A DNA stretch of 64,000 nt from Phoronis australis (Eukaryota; Animalia; Phoronida). Of the stretch, positions 39,701 through 52,800 are shown piece by piece. The stretch spans positions 198,713-262,712 of the forward strand of contig NMRA01000075.1 in NCBI GenBank assembly GCA_002633005.1, given 5' to 3'. The position numbers and the translations under genes were made by a program. Position 1 is the stretch's first letter. The number at the start of each line of letters is the position of its first letter. A model generated the notes under the pieces. That model searched no databases and was not told the origin of the DNA. It saw nothing but the letters and a program-made list of their open reading frames with translations.

Positions 39701-41506
39701 TTGTTTTCAAATCATGGCAGCTGTGTAGTTGACGCCATAATAGAATGTGCAATGCTGCTCCATGTAACGAGTAGTCGACTATTAGAAAGGCTAGCACGTA
39801 GTGTAGACAGTACAACTGTTCAGTGTACTCCCCTGGATTAACAATTAATAGTTGGTAGACAGTTATTGGAAATGTAGATGAAGTTCCTGGTATGGCCATA
39901 TGCAGTGATTAGCTTCAAATTCTCATCTTGTGTTTGTTAGTTAGCTATGATTGGGAAAGCAATTCTCAAGTGAAAGTATTGTAATAGTTATGACGTTATT
40001 ATTGATGATTATAAGGTTATTATTGTGCGTAACATGGGAAAATGGGCCTCTTAAGGAAGCAATTTGAATGGTATCGTGATGCATACAACTTACAATAATA
40101 ATAAATAAATAAATATATACAAATATCTCAGGTGGTTGGAAATTGATTGTCATGATTTTTTAAAGTCCTACTTGCTATATGAATTGACTTAATTTGCTTT
40201 CATGGTTTGAATTTGAACATATGAACTAGTGGATAGATGTGTATATATATGATCAAAATGTTATTTTGACAATTTTTATTTTACAGCTAAATTATTCCAA
40301 TGTATAACGTGCCTGTGTCTTATTTCAGTTGCCTGACAAACACAAGTACCGCAATAATATCATCTCAGGTGCAAATCTTCGAACCCGTAGTAACGTCTGG
40401 TTTGGCGACCCGGTGTTGAATAAGGATTATTACAGCACTCATAATGAAGACATTCACGCGCCAAAATATGTGCCGTACTCTTACAACAAAGGAATTGCTA
40501 ACCCCAATAAGAGCGTGATACCTCTTGATTATTATCGTAAGTATTCATGGATTTTTAAAATTAATCTTTATAGAAAAATGCCCATAGGATTATTTAACGG
40601 ACCACTCATATCTTATATTGAAAACTGAGAGTAAAGATCAGTACTGTGAAGATCTCATTTTATTACTAAATGCTCGGGTTAGTAGGAGTGCACTAATTTT
40701 ATGAATATGTCAATCTCAGGGGTAGCAATCTTTTCGTACTTCTATTCATTAGCTCACGTGATGTGGCCAACAGATGGCGTGCAGACACGACTTTAGTGTT
40801 TGCTGCATTAATTTTATTAATAGACTCCCGGGTTGTTAAAAGTTTCTGTGTAATTGCATGTAGTAATTTTTGTTGTTTATTTTAGCCCACGAGAAGAAAC
40901 ATTCCATGACGTGGCAGGACTTTCAGAATCCCAGACAAGGGGCAACCATTCCAAATCCATCGTGCATTAACAAGGTGAGATTGTACTACCGTCTCCATTT
41001 TTGTAATTAAGAACAGTTTTCCTCAAATTACATCTTGCGTGGAAAAATCCTTGATTTGGAGGAAAGATATGATATAAAGCATTGATTTGCATATTTTCGT
41101 TTATTTTTAGAAATAATCTCTATTAAGGAATTGAATGCTTCACAATTGAATTAACTCTTTGTTGGTAATACTTACTTGCAGGGGTCTTGCATTTTGAGAA
41201 CCAGTTTCTTCCACTGAACTACAGGCATCACAGTAGTTCTCAAAATCCATTGCCTCTATAAGTGACTCTCGCCTCTTTGTCTATTTTTGTTCTTCTAAGT
41301 GTTCATGTTCACAAAACTTTGTAACTAGACGGTGTCATCTTACTTTTCAGCTAAAAGAAACTCACATAGTGCCACCTTTGGGAGGTGAAAGACACTTTAG
41401 TACAACCCACGTCGAGCATTACACTCCAAAACATGTTTCCAAGACATTTGCTGATTCGGGGAGATTACAACGGAGTTCTGTGCCTTTAGGTACATTGCAA
41501 ATATGA
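36790..41506 (+). CDS. SAXO5: Stabilizer of axonemal microtubules 5 / TEX45-like microtubule inner protein, 7 coding exons
   Basis: Exons 36790-37348, 38018-38124, 38546-38771, 39166-39284, 40329-40536, 40886-40974 and 41351-41506 splice in frame. Motifs YLQSSHF, STFRHDY, QTNFKMDRD, SHIPDGDKEK, NVPLGDREK, SNVWFGD, FSTTHVEHYTPK and C-terminal LQRSSVPLGTL match the Mn-repeat TEX45 pattern. Confidence 0.82.
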
Positions 41507-44087
41507 GATGGTTTTTGGCGCAATGCTCGTGTTCAAGAGGGGTACTGACTTAGACCCAGCTGTGCGTGTATTGCAGAAATTGGAGAGCATGGAGTGTTTG
41601 ACTACGGCTTTGTAAGCTGCTTCATAAGAGCACTTGAGAAAAAATTTGTGGTAGTCATTTCGTTCACAAGTCATGCAGTGTCCTGAATTCTTGTAGTTTC
41701 TGTTCTAGAAACTTGTAGGATCTTGTTCGGAGTGTGATTTGAGTTAAAGAGTAAAAACGTTATCAAGCCCGCTTGATCTTGAATTGTTGCTAAATATTCC
41801 AGCAACTCGAATCGCAGGCAATTCATACATGCGACCTTTTCGAATTTTGCAATTTTAGGGTTAGTCAAACTCACTAAACTCTGAAGCATTTTCTTGAATT
41901 GCCAATGGTTTTGATGTTCTTGTTGGTAACCGCAACGAAGCTCGTTTCACATTTTATGAGCTTAATTGGCTTGTTTTTTTGCTTTTTTGACAGCTAAATA
42001 CTGACGAAATCCACTTTTAAGTTAACTTTTTGACCCGACTGTGGTTTATGCCAATTTTTGTGTAGTGACACGTGACGGATGAAACAGTTATACCTAAATT
42101 CCTGCAACAATCAGATAATTCATTCAAAAATTTTCTTTAAAAAAGTGAGACTTGAAATGAAAAAAAATTGGATTACTAATATCCTCAATGTTAAATATAT
42201 ATTTTATAAGTATCAATTGGCATTCCAAGCCTTCTATGTTCAAATCTTAAAAATGCAGCTTTGGGTATTTGTTAGTCACATACACTAGAAGAAATATTGA
42301 CATGAACTTTTCTTTTTTGATTTTGTAATTCATATTTGGGTATCAGTCAGGTGATTGTGAATTGTAAATTATGCATACAAGAATAAAAGCTCAATATTAT
42401 AGAAAGCAATGCACAGACTGTGATGGAATGTTTTTTTTTTTCGATTTTAATGTAGGTTTGAATGTCAGTTAGCTAACTGGGATGTGTAAATCATGCGGAT
42501 GAAATGCTCAGTGTTTAAGTTACGACACGAATTGGAGATTAATGAAGCAAATATGTTTGTGTTGACTTGTGGAAGTGTTGCTCACTCAATAAATAATTGA
42601 ATAGTTACTTGCTTCCCCACATATCTGTGAAAACAATAATGTAAGTATATGATTTGATGAAAATAGTGTTTGCCATTAGGATTACTTTATTACAGAAACT
42701 ATGATTTTCACGACTTCCCTTAACGGATACCAGGCATTATCCAGAGGCAACAGTGAATAGTTGAAGACCAGTATTAGTTATAAGTGACTTGGGCATAGTA
42801 CAATCTTTTGATGAATATTAAGACGTTGAAATGTATTTTCTTGATTGCATTTTTATTATTTATGTCAAGCAATTGTCACTTTTCTTCCTACATATACTGA
42901 TGTTCGTCCACATATTAAGAAGTTTGATATTCGCGTTTTCATAAATTTTACCACTGTCCATGTTAAATATATCAATTCTTTTTGTACAAGTATACATGTA
43001 TAGTTTCGTTTCATTCCTGACAGCATTTTCAGAAAAACTGAAACATGTACATAACGCTGTATATATTGTAAAAAGCTTGCATGTTTGTGTTTGATCAAAA
43101 TACAAGCAAATGTTTTTTAAATGTTTTTTTATTTTACTTTTTTTTGGGGTTATATTTTAGTAATTGCTTGCTGACGAAAAATTCCCCAGTAAACAATTTT
43201 AAAAGTTGTGTTACTCGCAGACCATGCTTAATGTCAGTCCTCTAAATCTAAAGAAAAGTAAAAAATTCGCCTGGTTTCATTAAAGTCACGGAAAAAACGC
43301 AGAAGCAAAACAGACAAAAAATAGCGCGATTCCTTTGCTTTGAAATTTCACCAATTATGGGCAAGAAAAAATGTCAACTTTTTTGAAAAGCGGTATAGTT
43401 CCTTCTTGGTATCGAGTTATTCGTGAGGAAAATAACTTCCTAACTGCCAGTTTGCATCAGTTGACATGAAGTATTGGTCAACACAGCGCACAAGTCATGA
43501 CAATATTTACAAAAACACGTTTTCAGAATTTTATAAAACTAGCAAAAACATCAAAGAAAGAAAATATTTTTTATTTCACCAAGCAATAACCATGGTCTCT
43601 TGCAAAATTTACAAACTGGACAACAGCCTTGTGTACGACGTCTCCTTCCAGGGCCATCTTTCGATTCCATCGATAAATGATAAGGATCTTGAAATGATCC
43701 TAATTCTACCATTTGTCTCGTTTCATTTTTCTCAATGTATTCTATGAATAAATGGAATAAAAAAGCATTGTGAATAGAGTAGTTTGTATTAAGCTACCAA
43801 AGTACTACAACCATGGACGATAACTTACACCATCAGATTTTCAAAGGAGGTCTACATACTGGGTTATCTCCCATTGCAAGTTGAGTGAACGTTGTCCAGT
43901 TTACTATAGGCACATCTCGCAAATCAATGTCCAGAACAAGCCCATAACATGCAGTGTGTATCATAGAACAAGACGAAGCAATCGTTGGCTACACGTTCCC
44001 TTCACACCACTTATAATCATGTGAATCACACTCTCATGACACACCAGTCAATGTCTCTACAATAAATACACTACGTCTCCTCCATGA

Positions 44088-47000
44088 CTAAGGATGAAAG
44101 ATACGCTCCAGGTTGGCACGCTTGTACTCCTTGAACGGTCTGTGGGCGAAGATTTCTTCAAGCGGCACCGGCATCCACCTCTTTTTATGGTAGACTGGTG
44201 TATCATAGTAATGACCCACCTGAAATGAAGCGCTGCACAATACTTAATGGTGAAACCACATTGGTCAAGAGGAAAAAGACATAGCACGGTGTCTGGACTT
44301 ACAGTAGATCGGGTAATGATTTACACCAGAGGGATTGAAAAAATGTTCAAAGCGTGTCAAAATACGTTTGTGTGGGTGAATAGAAAGGGCAAATAGTCAA
44401 GCTCAGTCTTGTTTCATAGCAGGAATAGTTTCATATTTATCTCGTCAGTCTACAGAACACCACAACAGCTGAGATACAGCTTCCTACTCAACCTTCACCT
44501 AGTACGTTTGTTGTGCGATAAAATTATTTTTCAGAAATGGTTGAGTGGAGTACATTAAGACACAATTTCAGACTTAAGTCTTTTAAGTAACTCCTCACGA
44601 AACAGACTCCTGGGAAATATCAACAGTTTCACTTCTGCCACCTAGTGAGTTTCGAGTTACTGTGACTAGAGCAAATTCAGAGAACTCCTGCCTCTTCCAG
44701 TTGCAAAATATTCTTGATTATCTCGGCTTCTCAACCCCACCTGGTGGTAAGTAGAATAACCAGCTTTTATCTCAAGCTACCACATTCGGATACATAACAT
44801 ATGCACGCGCTCTTATTGCCTTTTCTCTCAGTCCCTGACTATTCCCTACATTATCCCATCAACATCTTCTGTAGCCCACCACACCCACCTTCCAATTTGG
44901 TACATCTTTCATCAGCTCGCGTTCTTCGTCACGATTTGTCCTGAGCACCTTGAGTAACCTGTTAACACCCACAACTTACACTACATCTAAACGTTCATGG
45001 CAATAATTAAAATCAACACAACACAGCAACGCAAGTGAAAGAGTTTAGGGGAAAACCACGAAGACTCAAAATCATTCCATTTCTAGCAGTACTCACTGTC
45101 TCTGGTTGCAATAAATGACCGAAAACGAGGGTGGAAATTAAAACGAAAGAGCATTTAGTAAGTTAAAAGCTTCAAGGTGGCGAACTGGATAACTAAAATC
45201 TCAAGAGACCATCCAAGGCCACAAACATACAACTGAAGTTAAAACTTACGCCCTGCCCCTTTCGGCATATAAAAACGGTTCCATTATAATCTTGAATTCT
45301 CTCTCTTCCATGTAATCTCGCCTGAAAGTACACACAAACAACCGCTGTTAAGCTAACAATGCAAATTGTACTTTTCTTTCTCAAAATCAGTTACTGAACT
45401 TGTTGATAGCTTGCCATGGTTGTTTCTGATTGAAAACAGTGCTAGTGTGCACTTAAAGGAGTGAAACGCAGTCGGCACAATGCTTCAAAATCGCAAGAAG
45501 TTGAAGTTTAATACTGGTACTTTGGCACGAGTTGAGCTTATTCAAAACTCCCCTATAAAGAGGTGCTCTTCAATGTGCAACAAAGTCACACTCCCAGCTC
45601 CAACCTCAAAATTAACTCCTTTGTTGCCAACAGCAACAGTCCCTTACAGAACAAAACATAAGAAGTACACAACTTACTTTAGTTTAGAATAATTCCATTC
45701 GTGATAGATCCAAGCTGATATTGTTACACCGGCAAATGCTGCGAATTGCCATTTACCTGAAATCAGGAAAGGACCATCAATCAAAACTTTAATTACCACA
45801 CGACTCTCGCTCACCTTAGGGGAACTTGTTCTGTGCATAACCACCGTTTACACTACAAAGATTGACATGGAGAGACACAGTGGCAGGGTTCCCCTCAACC
45901 TGTTTTGACTCATCACTGCATTGAATTTGAATTTTGTCATGGTGAGTTTTGCTTACTTGAGCCGTCTTTTGAAAACTGAATTTGAAGTATTGGGAGATTA
46001 ATAATTTCTTAAGAATTTTGATACCAGTTCAATACATTTATTCCATGATATCATATCGCCTGGTGTGAAAAGTGTAAAAATGGCCAGTTGTTGATTTGGG
46101 CAACTAAACGAAGGACTGCTTAACAAAACAATTTTATGGTGTTTTTTGAGCTGAGATGAGTTAAAGAAACCAAAGGCTTCCTAAGGTGTCTCTTTACGGC
46201 AAAAGGGACTTTTAGCAACATGACTTTCATGGTTTTGTAGAAATAGCTGAGATTACTTGACACGAGAATCAAATCAGTGACCCTGATAAAATCGGCAAGC
46301 ATGCTAACCATTCAGCCAATAGGCAATTGCCCGGTAGTGAGTTAGCAGAAGCTCATACGATTCACCAGAAGCACGTCTACAACATTCCCCTTTCCTATGG
46401 AACTAGCGCGCCACCAGGAAGGTGAACACCAGGTTTTCTTACATACAGGACATCAACTTCCCTTGACACCTTTACGATCACAACACAGATAAACACAAGA
46501 TTGTTTGTCACACAGGTCCTCAGCTCCTGGCATTTTTACCATCATCATATCATGCCGCCGTCCAGAGTACACGTGTACTAGTTGACAGTGCTTCCTCGGT
46601 ATACCATCCATTTGCCAACTACGACAATTATAGCAATAGCATAAGCCTGTGCTAGCCAGTCGCTTACGGGCAATTCCTATATATAGCTTAACGGTCACTA
46701 GTAGCGTGCTTTTTATTTTACTGGGGACGCTGGTTTGACTTACCGGTTGGGTAATCTCAGCAATTACTACGACATCCTTGTGTTCACCTTCCTGGTGGTG
46801 CATCTGGAAAGGGGGGACATGCTTCTGGTGAATCATATGAGCATCTGTCAGTGTTAGCATTGCCTATCAACATGGCTGAATTGTTAGCGCGCTTGCCGAC
46901 TTTATTGGGGTCTCAGGTGGTCAGGTAATCTTGGGTATTGGATAGGCAAAGGCTAGTTTGAGACAGGGAAGGGCGTGACGCTGGCTGGCGTGACACTTGC

Positions 47001-49612
47001 AAAATAGCATGGGAAGCCATCAGGAGAAATTTGTAAGATTTGTGTCCCTTGGACTTTTTATTCATCAACATGTGTGATTTCACTTAACTTCCTCAAACCG
47101 GCACCTGGTAAGAGAAACTTGAGCAAACCATGAGATTTTTATCCGCGATTTGTAAAAAATTATCTTGACTGAATCGTCCTCAGAATTATCGCATGTGTTA
47201 ATCATAACTCCAAGTGCTTATAATATGCATGTTTCATTTGATTATATTTCCAGGATTTTAAAATTTGTAACTTTTTGTGGGGAGGTACTATCACCCCTGT
47301 AAATAACGTATGCTTTGGCACTCAGAGCGATGTAATTGCGATCACTGTTCAAGAAGGTATCGTCAGAGGTCCTAAAGTCGTGAGTGCCATAAAGTCATGA
47401 ACAATCTTATTTCCTCTTCTGCGCGGTCCCGCAACATCTAGCGTTGAAGTTTCCAGCGTTCGTCTGCTTTACAACGTCAAACGAATACCCAGACCTGTTG
47501 ATACTCACAATATGATAAAAAACAGTGAGTGAGTGGCTTCTTTTTACAAATGTATCTTAAAAACAGCATATTTCACTTATCCACTTTTTTGTGCCTTTTC
47601 AGAATATATTTTTGAACACATGCATCATTCAGATTTGCTCAAACACGCGGTCCAGGGGTAGCTTGAACAATGTATCAAAATGACCCAGGGTCGATCAAGT
47701 TTTGTAAGGCCAAAGCAATAAAATACAGAGAGATAATTGATGCTGAGTTCTTAGTGTTTTACGTAAACATCCTCATTGAAAACTTCTGTGCACATCGGAG
47801 TTGGGTGCAAAAGACACAACAATTTATTTCAATTGAAACTGAATTAATAAACAATGCAATGCGTTTTTATTTTCTCTAGAGCCTTCCCAAATTACTTGTT
47901 TTGCCAATCTTAACCCTTGTTTGTCTCCGTAAGCAGAGTTTTGAAACGGTTGCTGATATCGCCGGCCATTTTGAATGAGGCCCTAAAGTCGTGACCATTT
48001 TGTTTAGACGGAAACACATGAAGTAAGACCACACACATCAACTAATGCTTACAGTTACTCTAAACAACATAAAAACGCATCGCATTGTTTATTAATTCAA
48101 TTGCAATAAATTGTTATGTGTTTTGCACCCAACTTTGATGCGCACAGACGTTTTCAATGAGGTTGTTCACGTAAAACGCTAAGAATCCAGCATCAATTAT
48201 CGCTATGTATGTTATTGCTTTGGCCTTACAAAACTTGATGGACCCTGAGACATTTTGATACATTGTTCAAGCTACCCCTGGAGCGCGTGTTTCAGTAAAT
48301 CTGAACGATAAATATTTTCGAAAATATATTCCAAAGATGCACAAAAAAGTGAATTAGTGAAATATGCTGTTTTTACGATACATTTGAAAAAAGAAGCCAC
48401 TAGTATCGTCCGGTTACCTATTTTCGTCAGGCTCCAAAGTTCGTCCGCCATCTTGTTTCGCGTGCAGCGCAACCACGCGGGACTTAGCGTTCCAATTTGG
48501 AGTTCTCGTCTGCACGTTAGGTACTAACTTATCGGAAGAGACACGTATCAAAGTAATGAGACAAAAATCGGTGAGTTTACCGATTGTTTTTTAAAACCAC
48601 TTAAAAATCAGTAGATTTTACTAATACACTTTTTTGTGCGTTTTCAGAAGATGTTTTCGAATTTAAATTTTCTTCCGACGGGACACAAAACATGATCCAG
48701 GGTTTGTTTATGCAATGTATCTGTTTGTCCCAGGCACTAGTAGGATCTAGAAGGCCAAAGGAAAAATCCGCAGACAAATGCGATACGCTGGGTTCTTAAC
48801 ATTTTTGCCTCACGTTCACCATTAAACTGCATTGAAATGTTGTCCAATTGGCTTTTATTGGAAACCACAGTGCAGAGCTCAACATCAAAGCTTCAAATCG
48901 AGTTTATGTCAATAAAAACAGGCTGTTGCAATTTTCATTACTTCGTTGGCCTTTTTCTGCATGTTTCTCAGTTTTTACAAAAGGGGGCAGCATATGACGA
49001 ACTTAGGTGTCACAATAAAATGGCTGCCGAAGGCAGTGCACATTTGAAATAACTCGGCACAAATTAAAGAAAACTTCCGAATCGATGAATGCGGTATATC
49101 TGTGAGAGTTAAATCGAATCCTATTCAGATCATAACTTTGAAGTGGAATAATTCGGTGAGTACAACAGCAAGTCGGTTTTATGCTTAGGCGGACGAACAT
49201 TGGGTTCCCCAGTATACTCACTCACTGAATTGTAATCATATTGTGAATACGAACACGTCCGGGTATTCGTTTGACATTCGTAAGCAGACGAATGCTGGAA
49301 ACTTCAACGCCAGATGTCAAAGGACCGCGCAGAAGAGGAAATAAGATCGTTCACGACTTTAGGGCACTCACGACTTTAGGACTGACGTATGGGATGGCCA
49401 CAATCACGCAATGGACGTCTTTACGATCGCATCCAATGAACAGATCGAGTAAAGAAGGACTTAGAGTTTGACAATGTCACCACGAAAAATAGTATTATTG
49501 ACACATTTGAGGGCGTACCTCTTCCTCTCATTTTCTGTTTCACTACTTGCTGCCATGCTATGTTTCCGTAGCCCTGTTGAGGAGGCATATCTTGTTGATA
49601 CGCCGGCGCCAT
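44088..49612 (-). CDS. NDUFA13: NADH:ubiquinone oxidoreductase subunit A13 (GRIM-19), 5 coding exons
   Basis: Exons 49612-49519 (MAPAYQQDMPPQQGYGNI), 45756-45678 (TM segment), 45321-45250 (EPFLYAERGR), 44958-44889 (LRTNRDEERELMKDVPNWK) and 44219-44088 (VGHYYDTPVYHKKRWMP...*). Signature QDMPPxxGY and MKDVPxWKVG are present and phases are consistent. Confidence 0.96.
46278..46912. mobile_element. MITE with ~150-bp imperfect TIRs in NDUFA13 intron 1
   Basis: aatcggcaagcatgctaaccattcagcca...gattcaccagaagca...ccaccaggaaggtgaacac (46288-46429) is mirrored by gtgttcaccttcctggtgg...tgcttctggtgaatcatatgagc...ggctgaattgttagcgcgcttgccgac (46780-46900). Confidence 0.7.
47360..49388. mobile_element. Foldback element with ~520-bp inverted arms; right arm split by an insertion
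   Basis: The left arm 47360-47881 is the reverse complement of 48058-48400 joined to 49217-49388 (for example cctaaagtcgtgagtgcc / ggcactcacgactttagg and ggggtagcttgaacaatgtatcaaaatg / cattttgatacattgttcaagctacccc). Spacer about 175 bp. Confidence 0.85.
48401..49216. mobile_element. ~816-bp young non-coding element, copy 2 (inverted relative to 34734-35546)
   Basis: Interrupts the foldback right arm exactly between gaagccac and ctcactcactg. Differs from copy 1 by one 3-bp indel and a handful of substitutions. Confidence 0.85.
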
Positions 49613-49857
49613 TTTGGAAGCTCGCCCTCGTTCTGAACAGGGTAAGCGCTAAGTTCTCGCTAGAACGTCACTAGAAAATCAAACTCTCGCAAGATTTTGC
49701 GAGACTAAGCTGTGCATTCATTAGTGAGCACGTGATTCTAAGTAGATTTCCTGGACGCGAAACAACTATTGAACTCTACCCTCGTTTTATTTCGACCAGT
49801 AACACTAGGTGGCGACTTAAACAGCTGCTTGCCGAGCATGAACTCGGGTTGTTTAGA
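49613..49857. promoter_or_regulatory. Compact bidirectional promoter of NDUFA13 and CIAO2A
   Basis: Start codons are only 245 bp apart. CpG-rich. Palindrome TCTCGCAA-gatt-TTGCGAGA at 49685-49704, E-box CACGTG at 49729, and YY1-like CGCCATTTT overlapping the NDUFA13 ATG. Confidence 0.7.
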
Positions 49858-52800
49858 ATGACTGAATTGGAAGATTTTGATAATAGACTTATTGGTTTAG
49901 ACTTGACTGATCTTGCTGGTGATGTGTACGGTAATACTGCATGATCATGGATTCCGTTTCTTGTTTACGTTCCAATATCATCTTAGTAGACCGTAATCTG
50001 TATGCCGTGATTACGGTAAACATTCTCCGAGTTCGACGTACTCTAAAATTTAGAACAACGAAATACTTAATTCTGAAGATTTCGACATGGTTATTTTTTT
50101 CAAAGCATGCAGGGGAATATAATTATGTCATTTTAATGACACCAATTTGCGCCTTCAAAGTTGTTAAAAATATACAGATTTGAACCACTCTGGGTAAGAA
50201 TGTGCAAAATAAGATCTGATAAAACTTGTGTCATCAAAAGTATATTATTTATTCAAGCTGTTATTCAACTGCAAAATTTGAGCAATCAGCGTCAAGTGCA
50301 CAATGAAATTAAGCTAACTATTGGCTAATTTTATATCAATGTTGCTTTATTCATTGCTTTTATGAAGTTAGAATTCAGAATTCTACACGTCACTTCAGTA
50401 TCAATGTTTTGTTATGCAGATATAATCAAAGACATTAAAGATCCAGAACGGCCAGAGACCCTGGAACAGCTGGATGTCGTGTACGAAAGTGGGGTTAGTG
50501 TGAAGGCTTTCAACCGGGACACGTGCCTGATATNGTTTTCAAAGACTTTAAGTTACACAACTTGCAAAACAAGGCACAATTGTTATTATAAACATCCCAC
50601 AACTGGTAACAGACATGTGGTGAATCACTTCCCATGAACTCCTAGGAGGTTACAAATTTTGGTAAACAACCAATATGTTTAATTAATTATACACTAGTCA
50701 CTAGAATTGCATAACTTTGCTTTTAATTAGACTAATTATCTACAGCATCAAAAATGTCACCAACATTGTCATTCACCAAGTGCTCCTAACACACCGACAT
50801 GAAGCCTCCAATTTTGTACCCTTCAGAGGTCTTTTTCCCCCACCGCTTTTTGCCATTGTTGTTAAGTAATGAGCTGAAAGAAATTGGTTGTAAAGGTAAC
50901 CATAGTAATTTAGACCACTACCACTAAAGATTGTTATCAACTCATTCCTTATGGTTGAGATCTTGTCCGAATGTGGCAAAACTAATTTCTGCACCGACAT
51001 GTCCGAATGTGACAAACAACAATTGATTAGTTCTAGAACATTAGTTTTTCTTGACCGAATTTGTAAGTGTCACCGAAGTCACTGAGATTTTATCGTACTC
51101 AACAAATAGAAAGCGATTTCTGGGTTTATAAAGAACTGATGGTCATTTACTTTGTAAGACCATTCTCAGCACATAAAATGACTAGCTGTGACTAGATGAT
51201 TTGTAGAGTTTGGTCTCAAGCCCTTAAATGATATCCGAGTTTATGACAGAAGATGGTCGAAATCAAAGGTTATTTTTTGTGGTGGATTGTAAGTCGGCGT
51301 CTATGTTTTTAGCCGCCAAGTAAAAGTTCACAATCATGTAGTTGAAATTTTGGGTTCTGAATTTCTTTCATATCTGAATACAAATAAATCTAGCCCTTTA
51401 ATTGGAAGAGGTCATCAACTCACAAAATCCTACAACATTTATAATCAGTTTTGAAGTTTTGTCGCGTTATAATTTACTCTTTTGCTCCTAATGGGCTGCT
51501 CCAGTTCATCTTCATGATTTGAAAATGCTGGGACTCTCATACAGTCGCTGCTGCCATGGGGCCAAAATGGTCTAGAGTTCAGTATTGCTTGTACCTCGCT
51601 AGGTCCTCGCTAAAAAGGAAGATTTCGCGAGATGAGGCGAGATATTGCTATGTATTTTCAATGAAAGCATGTGATTTTTTCCTAGATTTTTCTTGCTAGA
51701 GACAGCTATTAACTCAAATTTCTAGAATAAGTAATTATAATAGATCTTTGAGCTGAAGGAACTGCTGAATTCATCCCATCCTTGGTTCTATCATGTGTGT
51801 GTATAGCAACGGTTATAGAGTCATTTAAAAAAAACAAATTGTATGGGTTCCATCCTCAAATGTTATCCAGAACCACGTCGGTTTCAAAGAATTTATTGTA
51901 TGGGTCTTAAAGTATTTTTAGCACAACGGTGTTTTGTGTTATACATCCAGGTTCTTTGAACAGCAAACACAACTCGCATCACATCATACTGGAAAGTAAC
52001 AAAATTCAAGATGCTTAAAACATTTAGAGCAAGGAATGCATTTCAGTGAACTTAATAACTTGTGACTACAGTTACTAATTTTCCACTTCTTACTTTTCAC
52101 TCGGTATGATTGTGTAAATTATTTCTTTTTTCCAGGACTGTGCCTGCGGGTCAAGTTGGAAGAATATCTACCTCATAAGCACAAGGTACCACACTTTCAG
52201 TTGAAGTGGTTACAAAATTAATTCCGTTAATTCAGTTAATTTCCTCTTTTCACATATAAGTGAGCAGATGTCTTGAGGTGTTTAGACATCATTTCCATAC
52301 CCTAGTAGATTTGCAATTAACTTCACCAGGGACTTGTTTCTCTCTAAGAGTTTTCTGTCAAAAACCAACTTTTTATTTAAAGCCTTTTACTGTTGTAAAA
52401 TTTTCTCACGCTTACTAAGATTAAAAATAAGAATAAGTTACAATTTGTTATTAATTCATTGCAGTCTCATTAAGTTAGTCCATTTTCGTGGGTCCGTTTT
52501 AGCCGCTACAGCAGCTATGTCGGGAATTCCAGACATTTTGTTGCACGCAAATTCAATTCAAACATTGGAAAAAACAAATCGATACTGCTTTGGAGGGCCT
52601 ATGAATAAAGTCATTTTTACAACAGGATGTGGGTTAAAGTTGCTTTAAGACTTAAGTTGACCAATGGGGTCCATTTGGTGACAGCATTTTTGTGCTGTTC
52701 ACAGGTCAGGAGACTCTGTGGCTCAGTGGTTTTGAGCTTTGGATTCTCATTTGGGACAACTGAGCAATTGCCCAAAGATGTCTCCTAATCTTCAAAGCTT

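Noticed and set aside
43560-43745. Possible extra minus-strand exon downstream of NDUFA13
   Set aside because: NDUFA13 already terminates at 44088, and the translations match nothing I recognise. Probably 3' UTR.
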